Shown here: piece after piece, positions 51,701 to 60,020 of the stretch
Numbering within the stretch: the stretch's first letter is position 1
Layout of the letters: every line of letters begins with the position of its first letter
Virus record (IMG/VR): IMGVR_UViG_3300026512_000003
Coordinates: 32,001-96,000 of that record
Source of the DNA: a virus
Length of the DNA: 64,000 bases
Strand: one strand, 5' to 3'
The notes under the pieces: generated by a model
The model's database searches: none
Told to the model about the DNA's origin: nothing
Seen by the model: the letters and a program-made list of their open reading frames with translations, nothing else
Translations under genes and position numbers: made by a program

Positions 51701-53491
51701 TTAGTCTTCCAAATTCTCTAATCTATCATAAATGTCATCAAAGTTGTTTTTCTGACTATTTGTTAGTGCTACTATTTTATCTCTAACGACCTCTTGACCT
51801 TCTATGAGAGCCTCTACACTATCCATAATATCAGTAATTAATGCTGATGCTTTTGTTTGCATCACAGAAACATCATTATCTCTATATATAACTTCTAAAG
51901 GAACAAGTAACGGATCTGTTTCATCAGTAATTTCTACAAAATCAATTTCAAAAGCAGAACAGTTTCTAATATATAATGCAATACGACAGTCACTGTAAGC
52001 TGCTTCGGATAAGTTCATATGTGATCCTTGCATTTTTTCAGAATAACCACCAAATAATTTTCTACAAGAAGTAACTTTACCTATTGGACTAAAACTAACA
52101 GTCATCTCATATTTTTCCTCTCCATTTGTAATAAGAGAACCTTCTAATGGAATATGTCCACTAGTCATCCCTGTTCCTTTTATGTCGTATATGAAATCTT
52201 GCCCACTTTTGTCTTTTGAAAGGATTGTTCCTTTCATTACTTCGGGAATCGCTTCAAAAAGTGTATCATGATTATTACTGCCTACAATAATTGGCCAAGA
52301 ATGATCAGAAATATCACTAAATGTTTGCATTGACTCAGGAAGTGATCCTTTTTGGATACCAAACATTATATTGAATCCACCTCTCTCTTGAAGCATTGGG
52401 TAGTTTTCAAAAGCATCATTCCAACTGTTTGCTGTTTTTTTACTACCAGATGTACCTGTCAACACATCATTAACACTACTAGGAACATTACCTATTTCAA
52501 CAAAACTAAGATTGTTTACAATCCCGATAGACCAACCATTTCCAGCTACCACATCTAAGAAAAAATTTCCATTCTCCCCAGTAATAGTATTAGTTCCATC
52601 CACATCTTTGCCCCAGGTAATAATCTCACCATTCTCTGTGATAGCACTTATTATTTGTTCTCCACAAGATACTTTTTTCGCAGTAATATTAGGCTTGTCA
52701 TCAACTTGCCCAAACTCATTATCTCCAAAAATATCAAAAGTACCATCTGTATGTAGAAGTGCAAGATTGTTGCCTTGCCCTGTAATTTGCACTGCTTTAT
52801 TGTCATCCCCTATATCTAAACCAATCACTGATACATTTCCTGAGTTAAAAATAGCTGCATAGAAATCTTCACCTGCACAAATATCAACTATCATATTCTC
52901 ATCTACCGTAGTCCATTCTGTTGGGAGAGCCAAATCTCCATCTCTATCGGAACCATAAAAAGTAACTGTGCCATTTTGTCTGAGTGCAATAGTAAAACCT
53001 GCGCCAGTTGCAATTTGAGAAATAGTTTCTAAGTCTTCAAGGTCTAGCTCAGCATTATCATTTGAACCTTGAAATCCAAATAGAGAACCTGATTTCACAA
53101 TAGTGTGAGTAGAAGAAGTGTCTACCCCATAAAAAGTTCTTCTTTGATATGAGTCTACATTCTCTCGGCGATCTTCTTTTTGACACCCATCAGACAAATC
53201 ATTTCCTGACCAGAGGTTATCACTATTGGGAGCCTTAGTAAGGAAAGCAAAATTGTCTCCAAATGAACTTCCAAAAGTACCAGAACGAACAAAAGGAGAA
53301 AAAGGCTGTGCTTTAAACACAATTCTTAATGTTTTGTTTGCTGCTGATAAGTCGAAAGATTCTCGAGAAACAATACCAATCAAATAATCATCTGTTTCTT
53401 CTCTTTCTATGAATAAAGAGCCATCTGTTCTTGCTTGCACTGCATTGCTATTTGAAACAAAGTCAGAACTAGTTAATACGGTAGTCGCCAT
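51701..53491 (-). CDS. RCC1/BLIP-II repeat beta-propeller protein
   Basis: Repeats ISQIATGAGFTIALRQNGTVTFYG, IVDICAGEDFYAAIFNSGNV, AVQITGQGNNLALLHTDGTFDIFGDNEFGQ, KKVSCGEQIISAITENGEIITWG, FLDVVAGNGWSIGI; C-terminal coiled coil. Confidence 0.8.
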   Translation of the reverse strand: MATTVLTSSDFVSNSNAVQARTDGSLFIEREETDDYLIGIVSRESFDLSAANKTLRIVFKAQPFSPFVRSGTFGSSFGDNFAFLTKAPNSDNLWSGNDLSDGCQKEDRRENVDSYQRRTFYGVDTSSTHTIVKSGSLFGFQGSNDNAELDLEDLETISQIATGAGFTIALRQNGTVTFYGSDRDGDLALPTEWTTVDENMIVDICAGEDFYAAIFNSGNVSVIGLDIGDDNKAVQITGQGNNLALLHTDGTFDIFGDNEFGQVDDKPNITAKKVSCGEQIISAITENGEIITWGKDVDGTNTITGENGNFFLDVVAGNGWSIGIVNNLSFVEIGNVPSSVNDVLTGTSGSKKTANSWNDAFENYPMLQERGGFNIMFGIQKGSLPESMQTFSDISDHSWPIIVGSNNHDTLFEAIPEVMKGTILSKDKSGQDFIYDIKGTGMTSGHIPLEGSLITNGEEKYEMTVSFSPIGKVTSCRKLFGGYSEKMQGSHMNLSEAAYSDCRIALYIRNCSAFEIDFVEITDETDPLLVPLEVIYRDNDVSVMQTKASALITDIMDSVEALIEGQEVVRDKIVALTNSQKNNFDDIYDRLENLED

Positions 53492-53493
53492 AA

Positions 53494-53862
53494 TTATGCT
53501 CCTATCTCATGTCTAAAACGATTATCTAGTTGCTCAAAAATAGCATCTCCTAAAGTAGTTGCAATTGTAGATATGTAAGCTAAATCAGAATTACCAGCTT
53601 CTTCAGCAATCTTAATGATGTCTTCAGGTGTAGTAGCCTGTTCCATTTGAGAAGCAACTTTTTCTAGAGTTTCGCTTAAATCAAGTGGCGCACCTATCTC
53701 TTGTTCTATTTGAGTCGCAACATCTAGTGTTTCCTCAGCTTCTTTTACTAAAGCAGTTCCTTGTGCAAGTGAGCTTAAGCTAAGATCTTTAGCACTCGCT
53801 GTTTTTTGTAACGACTGTTCTTCGCTTACTGATTGAATTAGATTACCTATATTTACTTCCAT
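53494..53862 (-). CDS. acidic K-x-A-motif protein (putative prohead core/scaffold)
   Basis: LQKTAS, LVKEAE, LEKVAS, IIKIAE in 122 aa. Confidence 0.55.
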   Translation of the reverse strand: MEVNIGNLIQSVSEEQSLQKTASAKDLSLSSLAQGTALVKEAEETLDVATQIEQEIGAPLDLSETLEKVASQMEQATTPEDIIKIAEEAGNSDLAYISTIATTLGDAIFEQLDNRFRHEIGA

Positions 53863-53875
53863 TTTGTATTCCTTT

Positions 53876-54406
53876 TTAGTTTGGTTTAGAGTAGATACCT
53901 TGAATAATTAGTGTTATTTTACCTAAAATCTGGCAAGAACTCAAGACAGATCCCTCACCTTCAAGTTTTTCTGTTTGACCCCAAAGTACAAGATCTGCTC
54001 CAGATATATTAGGATGTTCTGTCTTTAAGGCACCCATTGCGGATGTTAAAAGTGTCTCAACAACGATATTGCTTATTTTTTCTGTCTCTAAATAAGAGTT
54101 CCCTACACAAGTGAATTGAATAGGGTAGTCTATAACATGCATAGTGTTGTAAATATTTGAATTTGTATTGACATCGAATATTTTTTGTTCATTCATCATA
54201 AGAGATTTTGGTACATGAGACAATTGTCCTCTTTCTATAATAACAAGAGGTGCCCTCTGTGGATTTTTTTTAAACGAATCTCTCACCACTATTTCTGTAT
54301 CCGTATTTCCAAGATTAGCAAACTCTTCAGACAAAAACTTTTTATAAATAGAAAGCATATCTCTGAATAGTAAAAGCCTATCTCCAGTATCTCCTCTAAC
54401 AAACAC
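53876..54406 (-). CDS. putative tail completion/neck protein
   Basis: IVVRDSF...PLVIIERG...YPIQFTCVGNSYLETEKISNIV pattern of gpU/tail-terminator-like folds. Confidence 0.5.
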   Translation of the reverse strand: MFVRGDTGDRLLLFRDMLSIYKKFLSEEFANLGNTDTEIVVRDSFKKNPQRAPLVIIERGQLSHVPKSLMMNEQKIFDVNTNSNIYNTMHVIDYPIQFTCVGNSYLETEKISNIVVETLLTSAMGALKTEHPNISGADLVLWGQTEKLEGEGSVLSSCQILGKITLIIQGIYSKPN

Positions 54407-54409
54407 AAC

Positions 54410-54865
54410 TTACTCTTTTATATGATACTTATCAGACAAAGCTTTTTTGTATGCTTTTGCCCTATCTGTATCTTTGCCTACAAGGTTTTCTCTTGCTCCT
54501 TGCTGTTTATTATATTCACTTCGCTGTTTTTTTAAAGATAACACTCCTGAAGCAAGAGCTCCAAGACCTCCAATAATCCCTTTTTTTCTTGTTGCAGAAA
54601 AAATTTTTCCAGAGTCTTTGTTAATTAAAGTATTACCCATTAGGTAAGCAAGCGATCCACCTGTAGCAATATCTTTTGTCGTCTCTTCTGAAGAAGAGGG
54701 AGCTGAACGCTTACCTTTTACATCTGCTAATAATTCGAGTTGTGCAAGTCTCTTATTTTCTAAAGAACCCTGGTCATCTGCTATTTTGTCCCCAGTTACA
54801 GGATCAAAATTTTCAAAAGCAAGTAGTCCTATTTTTTTATTTTTATTTTTCTTATATTTCTGCAT
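54410..54865 (-). CDS. basic protein with glycine-zipper segments (possible ejection protein)
   Basis: IATGGSLAYLMG and GIIGGLGALASGVL flanked by K/R residues. Confidence 0.5.
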   Translation of the reverse strand: MQKYKKNKNKKIGLLAFENFDPVTGDKIADDQGSLENKRLAQLELLADVKGKRSAPSSSEETTKDIATGGSLAYLMGNTLINKDSGKIFSATRKKGIIGGLGALASGVLSLKKQRSEYNKQQGARENLVGKDTDRAKAYKKALSDKYHIKE

Positions 54866-54866
54866 C

Positions 54867-55472
54867 TTATATTTCCCTAATCGAAGTGTCGTATGACTTT
54901 TGTGCTGAACCTAGCAAGCCATAAGTATTTTGAAAAGCGTTATTGCTTCTCCCTCCTCTTTGTTGAATCTCTGCAAGGTTTTTGCTAGTTGCTATATCAA
55001 CTCCACCAACAGCATGTGCTGTTGTCAAAAAAGTTGTAGCAAGTTCAGGATCTTTAGCTGCTCTAGGAGCGATAGTGTGAGCACTGTTCAGCCAATTTCT
55101 TAGTTTGCTATCTTTTACAGTTCTCAATGAAGGATTTGTTTGCTTTGCATATGCAATTAAGCCTGGTACTTTTTTCCTAAATTTCATATCATTATATTCA
55201 TCTGTCAAAGCTTCTGCACCAAGCCCAACTCCTGTTAGGGCTACAGCCATTGGTACAGCTTCAGCTAAAGCTGTTCCAATATGACCAAAACTAAAAGAAG
55301 CTTCTTTTTGTATTTCGTCTGAAATTGTAGGACTGTCTTTAAGCATTTTCAGCAAAGTATTCGCTTGTGCAATTTTTACAAAAGTTGTTTCAGAATCTTC
55401 TGAGAATCCATTTTTTTCAACTTCTTCCGCTAATTTTATTAATATCTTTTCCATATTATTAATGTCCTTCAT
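54867..55472 (-). CDS. putative internal head/ejection protein with K-x-A leader
   Basis: LIKLAE, FVKIAQ, IQKEAS followed by hydrophobic FSFGHIGTALAEAVPMAVALTGVGLGA. Confidence 0.55.
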   Translation of the reverse strand: MKDINNMEKILIKLAEEVEKNGFSEDSETTFVKIAQANTLLKMLKDSPTISDEIQKEASFSFGHIGTALAEAVPMAVALTGVGLGAEALTDEYNDMKFRKKVPGLIAYAKQTNPSLRTVKDSKLRNWLNSAHTIAPRAAKDPELATTFLTTAHAVGGVDIATSKNLAEIQQRGGRSNNAFQNTYGLLGSAQKSYDTSIREI

Positions 55473-55785
55473 CTGTACTTATTGTTTTTTCTGTTATCTC
55501 TAATAAACGGTTGTGTTCATTTATTAGTAATAATAGCTCTTTTATTCTTTCTTTTCTCTGAATACACTTAGCTGATATTTTTTCAAGATCGTTTTTTGAA
55601 ATCACAAATTTGTTAATATCCATCTTTTTTATTGTGATATTAATATCGGTAAGTGCATCTGATTCCGATACATAAATTTTCTCTCCAACAGGAATTAATG
55701 ATTGCTGATGAACCACAGTACTACATCCAGCGAATAACAGACTAAAGAGAAAGAGTAATGCTTTGTTCTTTTTGCGCATGTTCAA
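55459..55785 (-). CDS. o-spanin-like lipoprotein (Rz1-like)
   Basis: Signal peptide MRKKNKALLFLFSLLFAGC with lipobox; overlaps the 3' end of the i-spanin gene. Confidence 0.7.
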   Translation of the reverse strand: MNMRKKNKALLFLFSLLFAGCSTVVHQQSLIPVGEKIYVSESDALTDINITIKKMDINKFVISKNDLEKISAKCIQRKERIKELLLLINEHNRLLEITEKTISTDEGH

Positions 55786-56041
55786 TCTCCTGTATTGCTT
55801 TTTTAATTTCTTTACTCGACGAGATTTTATTTTGAAGTATTTTTTTTGCAGTTTCTCTATGTAATCCAGCTCTTTTTTCTTGAATGAGCATTTTCTTTGT
55901 AGAGGCTTTCACATTTTCTTTCAAAATATTATTTTCTTGAGACAAAGCGTCAATCTTTGACTGTTTAATGTTACTACTTATTTTAAAATAAGCGGTAACT
56001 ATACTTAAAACAGCCATAATGGCAATTGTTATATCAGACAT
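55742..56041 (-). CDS. i-spanin-like protein (Rz-like)
   Basis: Single N-terminal TM (ITIAIMAVLSIVTAYF) plus coiled coil; lies between holin and lipoprotein. Confidence 0.65.
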   Translation of the reverse strand: MSDITIAIMAVLSIVTAYFKISSNIKQSKIDALSQENNILKENVKASTKKMLIQEKRAGLHRETAKKILQNKISSSKEIKKAIQEIEHAQKEQSITLSL

Positions 56042-56285
56042 CTTCAGTTACTTTTTCTTGAAGAGATGTTGTAGTTACTGTTCGCAAATAAGCACCTATT
56101 CCTGCGATAAGTATCATAAATACACCAAAACTTCCTTGAGAACCAAATAAAGATTCTATTTTTCCTGAATACAATTGAATTGCTCCTACTAATGCAAGTC
56201 CAATATTAAACAACATTGTTTTACTTTTCACAACTATCTTTGTAGTCTTTACTAATTTTTTCTTTGCTTTATTAAAAAAGTTCAT
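56034..56285 (-). CDS. putative holin (2 TM)
   Basis: 83 aa, basic N-terminus, two hydrophobic helices (MLFNIGLALVGAIQLY; FGVFMILIAGIGAYL). Confidence 0.65.
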   Translation of the reverse strand: MNFFNKAKKKLVKTTKIVVKSKTMLFNIGLALVGAIQLYSGKIESLFGSQGSFGVFMILIAGIGAYLRTVTTTSLQEKVTEDV

Positions 56286-56303
56286 AGAATTATCCTTTAT
56301 TTG

Positions 56304-58046
56304 CTATAGTCTTCCAAGTAGAAGCTGGGCTCTATCGGAATGAATGTTTGATAAATTTTCATTATCACCTGAAGTTACATTTTGAGAGAGACCTTTTTTG
56401 ATTCCTCTGTAATTAATTTGTTGCCATATACTTTTCCCATTCATAGGGCGTTGTTCGTATGTTTTAAAAATTGTTTCATAATTCGGCTTGGAATGAGAGA
56501 CAGAGATTTCTTTTACACCGGCTTTTCTCAAATTAGAAATAGTGTCTTTTGTGATTTTATGGCCAATACTGTAATGTAGTTTTGGTTCAGCAAGAAACTT
56601 TTTAACTATTTGTCTGTCTCCCACTTTCATATTTACAATATTACTTCCTTTTAAATCACCAATGGATTCATCATAAGTCATCAAAGAATGCTCTCCATTA
56701 AGACCTTTTGGCTTAATAAGGTTTAGATACCCTCTACTAATAACTTCTAAATTTCTCTTATCTATTACGCCTCCGGTAGACTTTTGTAAAGCATTTGATA
56801 AGTAATGACGAGCTTCTACTACCCCTCTGTGTAAAAGGATATCTTTAGTGGAAGCTATTCCGTTTGTTAGGATATCTCCCTCTTCCACTGTATGTCCAAC
56901 TGAAACCTTTGGAGAAATTCCTGGAATTACATAATGATCTTTCCCAGCAATCGTCATGTTATATCCACCCGTAGGGAGCTTGGAGATTTTCGTTACAGTT
57001 CCTTGAGTGGTAGCTACAGTTGCTTTTCCTTTAAATTTCTCGGTAGAATTTAATAGAATTTTAGTTGCTTCAAAACCACTTGGAATATGGGAAGATTCTT
57101 TTCCTGCAACATTATGTTTAGCACTTAATACTAACTGTGTTGCTTTTTCAGCTAATGACTGAGAAGATTCTATTCCTATATTATGCCCAGTGTTATGAAA
57201 TTGCCCTGTTGAATTTTTTCCAAAACATAAAGCACAAACCCCATGTTTCGCTCGGCATGTTTCAACTGTTCTGGCAACGACATTCTTAACTCCCTTTGAT
57301 TTAAGAGATTTCAAATATTGTTCATCTAAGACTTTGTTTGTCTTAGCTTCAACTCTTCCTATTAAGTCACGATCATTTATAGAAAACAATTTTCCATTAG
57401 TTGTCCCACAATCATGCATAACAACTTTTAAATCTTCAGTGTTAGCAATTAGTACTTTTCCCATTGCCCCTGGTTCTGAAGTTGAAACAGCTGCTTGTAC
57501 TGCAGCATATCTAGCTTGTCCCCCTGAAGCATATTGTTCATGGGCACTTAGTCCATTTGATAAACTATTTTTTATCAAAAAAGGATATGGTTCGGAATTC
57601 ATATCAACAGCAAAACCTACAGCTCCTGTAACCCTTGTTGCAGTAGAAGGATTTCCTCTAGCTTTAGATAAAGCTTGAATTACAATACCATTGTTTTTGT
57701 TTTTAAGTGTCATACCTTGCAACTTGTTAAATGTTGAAATTAGATGTCTCTTTGCTTCCTTCTCTGGAAGTCTCGATATAATCTTGTCTTGCACATCTAA
57801 AAAGTTTTTGATTTCCTTGTGATTGCTTAGGTGCAAATCATTAATACCCATGTTGTGACCACTCAGATAAGCTAACTCTTCCCCAAGATCTCCAATTTTG
57901 TGTATGTTCTCAGAATATTGCAAAGGATATTTTTTTGCAAACGATTGAAGTCTTGCATTCACTTTTGGCTTGGTTAAAGGAGCATCACTGTTTTTAAAAT
58001 GAAGCTCCGTAGGTAGATATTTGTTTATCTCTCGAATGGAAGTCAT
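56304..58046 (-). CDS. rpoC: DNA-directed RNA polymerase beta' subunit, C-terminal half (split rpoC)
   Basis: SKARG, bridge helix GLSAHEQYASGGQARYAAVQAAVSTSEPG, DCGT, Zn site RTVETC...GVCALCFG, trigger loop GIESSQSLAEKATQLVLSAKH, SBHM (VSVGHTVEEGDILTNG), IDKRNLEVI. No NADFDGD motif. Confidence 0.9.
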   Translation of the reverse strand: MTSIREINKYLPTELHFKNSDAPLTKPKVNARLQSFAKKYPLQYSENIHKIGDLGEELAYLSGHNMGINDLHLSNHKEIKNFLDVQDKIISRLPEKEAKRHLISTFNKLQGMTLKNKNNGIVIQALSKARGNPSTATRVTGAVGFAVDMNSEPYPFLIKNSLSNGLSAHEQYASGGQARYAAVQAAVSTSEPGAMGKVLIANTEDLKVVMHDCGTTNGKLFSINDRDLIGRVEAKTNKVLDEQYLKSLKSKGVKNVVARTVETCRAKHGVCALCFGKNSTGQFHNTGHNIGIESSQSLAEKATQLVLSAKHNVAGKESSHIPSGFEATKILLNSTEKFKGKATVATTQGTVTKISKLPTGGYNMTIAGKDHYVIPGISPKVSVGHTVEEGDILTNGIASTKDILLHRGVVEARHYLSNALQKSTGGVIDKRNLEVISRGYLNLIKPKGLNGEHSLMTYDESIGDLKGSNIVNMKVGDRQIVKKFLAEPKLHYSIGHKITKDTISNLRKAGVKEISVSHSKPNYETIFKTYEQRPMNGKSIWQQINYRGIKKGLSQNVTSGDNENLSNIHSDRAQLLLGRL

Positions 58047-58057
58047 AAGGCTATCTC

Positions 58058-58579
58058 TTAATCTCCGTCATCTTCAGACAGATTATCTATTTTGGCTTGA
58101 ATTGCTGCAACCAAATCAGTAAGACCCTGTTTTGTTGACATAATTATATCTCTAGGACTTTTCTCAATATGATTAAGAAGAATCTTCTGATCTGTAATAA
58201 GAGGCGAACTTGTATCAGTAGCAATTTGCTGTGCAAGTGCAGGTAACGCATAATCTTTAAAGAACACACTATTTGGATTGTATGATATATGCAATTTACT
58301 TGTCAAATCTGGTGAACAATTGAATACATATCCACCTTGAATATTTTTCTTTAAAGAAATTGTAACATCAGGTGCATCAGTATTTGTTGTGATGAGATCT
58401 TCAATTGTTGTGATAGCAGTAGCTATTTCTGTAACTGAAGAAGATAATTGCTGAACAGTTCCACTTAAGCATTGCAAATAGCATAAGTTTAATTGAACAT
58501 CATAAATATTGTTCGGTTCCCAGAGAGTGTAGTTACATTTTTGTAACTCAGCCTGTATTTTTTCCGAAGTTGTTGCCAT
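58058..58579 (-). CDS. hypothetical protein (173 aa)
   Basis: AGGAG RBS; first gene after the TGATATAAT promoter. Confidence 0.65.
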   Translation of the reverse strand: MATTSEKIQAELQKCNYTLWEPNNIYDVQLNLCYLQCLSGTVQQLSSSVTEIATAITTIEDLITTNTDAPDVTISLKKNIQGGYVFNCSPDLTSKLHISYNPNSVFFKDYALPALAQQIATDTSSPLITDQKILLNHIEKSPRDIIMSTKQGLTDLVAAIQAKIDNLSEDDGD

Positions 58580-58620
58580 AATAGGTCTCCTGTTTTTTAA
58601 ATATCGAAATTTACTTTGCT

Positions 58621-58629
58621 ATTATATCA
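58621..58629 (-). promoter_or_regulatory. extended -10 promoter TGATATAAT
   Basis: Intergenic, preceded by a T-tract, upstream of the 173-aa gene/RNAP/lysis block. Confidence 0.6.
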
Positions 58630-58644
58630 AAAAAACTACATTTT

Positions 58645-60015
58645 CTAAAGAGTTACAGCCGATGAGCCAAGCCTATCTACCTTAATTCCTCTACCTCCAC
58701 CTGCAATAAGAGTAGAATCTGCAGCATTTAATTCAATTTTACTACCTGCAAAGATAGAAAAGTCTTCTGTAACGGAAATTGACAGACTACCATCCCAAAT
58801 TATATTAGAAATAGGAACTCTATCACCACAAAATCCTGTAGCAGTCTTGCTTATGTTTATATTAGGAATAATAACATTATTAAAACTTAATTCGGAAACC
58901 TCTGAGTAAAGTGCTGATTTATTTGAAGAAGTCCATTGCCTAGAACATAGAGTTCCAAGAGTAGAGGCATATACCCTTTTATTTGCTGAATATTCAGTAA
59001 CATTACCATTTTGTGTTCTTATAGATAAAAAAGAAATCTTGTATACTTGACCACCTATTTTTATCTCAGGTTTTTTTATTTGTCCGATTGTTTCACTTTG
59101 GCAATCTGGAACACGAACAAAGGAAAGAGGTTCTGAATCTCCAGAAGTCGATAAGTCGAAGCTAATGGATTCTATAGATTTATCTCTGTATGCAGATTGT
59201 GTATAGGAAAAAAGTTCTGTAACATCTCCCACAGAACTAAAAATATCAGAAAAAGCACTCATGCTTCCTGAAAATTCAATCTTTTTTATTTGCAATGTCA
59301 ATAGGATTTCAGATAATTGTAATCCAAAAAATTTTAAAAAAGGCTGATAAGAACTGTTTGCTATTGTTTCTAAAAAGGCTTGAGTGTATGTTTTATTAGG
59401 TACATAATTATTGTTCTGAGTTCTCATATTGGATTCGGGCATCATAAGATCATAAATAGACTGTTTTATTTCATCTAAATCAACAGGAGAATCTACAGAA
59501 AAGTTTGCAATTTCCAATCTTATAGTAATGTCATCAGGAAGAGATGATACAAAGACATGCCTACCTTGTAATGATGCAAAATGAATAGAAAATTGTTCGC
59601 TTACTCCATCATCTCGTAATATAAATTTTGAAGTAGGTGAAACAACTAATCCCACTTCTCTATCTGAGATATATACAATTTCACCTGTCTCACCCTTAAT
59701 ACTATTAGTAATAGGAGGTAGGTCTGCATAACTAGAACCCATAATCTCTCCAACTGTACCTGAAGACATATCAGTAGAAGGAGTGTCGAAATAAAAGTTC
59801 ACGAATTTACTATCGTTTATCTCTCGATAAACAGGTTTTGCTTTGCGTATTTTAAGAACTCCATTCTCTGAAATAAGTTCCACACCCTCATGTAAAGAAA
59901 ATTTATCTTGGATATTATCCATCTTTACAATATTAGTTATCCCTTCCCCAGTAGTAACTGTTATTTCCCTAGATTCATTTGAAACAGCAGTAATATATCC
60001 CTTAGTTATTTTCAT
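58645..60015 (-). CDS. putative baseplate central spike (gpV/gp5-like)
   Basis: N-terminal OB-like GYITAVSNESREITV; C-terminal beta-helix repeats DGSLSISVTEDFSIFAGSKIELNAADSTLIAG. Confidence 0.55.
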   Translation of the reverse strand: MKITKGYITAVSNESREITVTTGEGITNIVKMDNIQDKFSLHEGVELISENGVLKIRKAKPVYREINDSKFVNFYFDTPSTDMSSGTVGEIMGSSYADLPPITNSIKGETGEIVYISDREVGLVVSPTSKFILRDDGVSEQFSIHFASLQGRHVFVSSLPDDITIRLEIANFSVDSPVDLDEIKQSIYDLMMPESNMRTQNNNYVPNKTYTQAFLETIANSSYQPFLKFFGLQLSEILLTLQIKKIEFSGSMSAFSDIFSSVGDVTELFSYTQSAYRDKSIESISFDLSTSGDSEPLSFVRVPDCQSETIGQIKKPEIKIGGQVYKISFLSIRTQNGNVTEYSANKRVYASTLGTLCSRQWTSSNKSALYSEVSELSFNNVIIPNINISKTATGFCGDRVPISNIIWDGSLSISVTEDFSIFAGSKIELNAADSTLIAGGGRGIKVDRLGSSAVTL

Positions 60016-60020
60016 GATAT

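Noticed and set aside
32180-58046. Bacterial chromosomal groESL and rpoC (host DNA or chimera)
   Set aside because: Both are highly diverged, rpoC is a half gene without rpoB or ribosomal neighbours, and they share strand, RBS style and coupling with the flanking phage genes.
33924-60015. Tailocin, eCIS or T6SS locus
   Set aside because: Terminase, capsid and prohead protease are present, indicating a complete phage.
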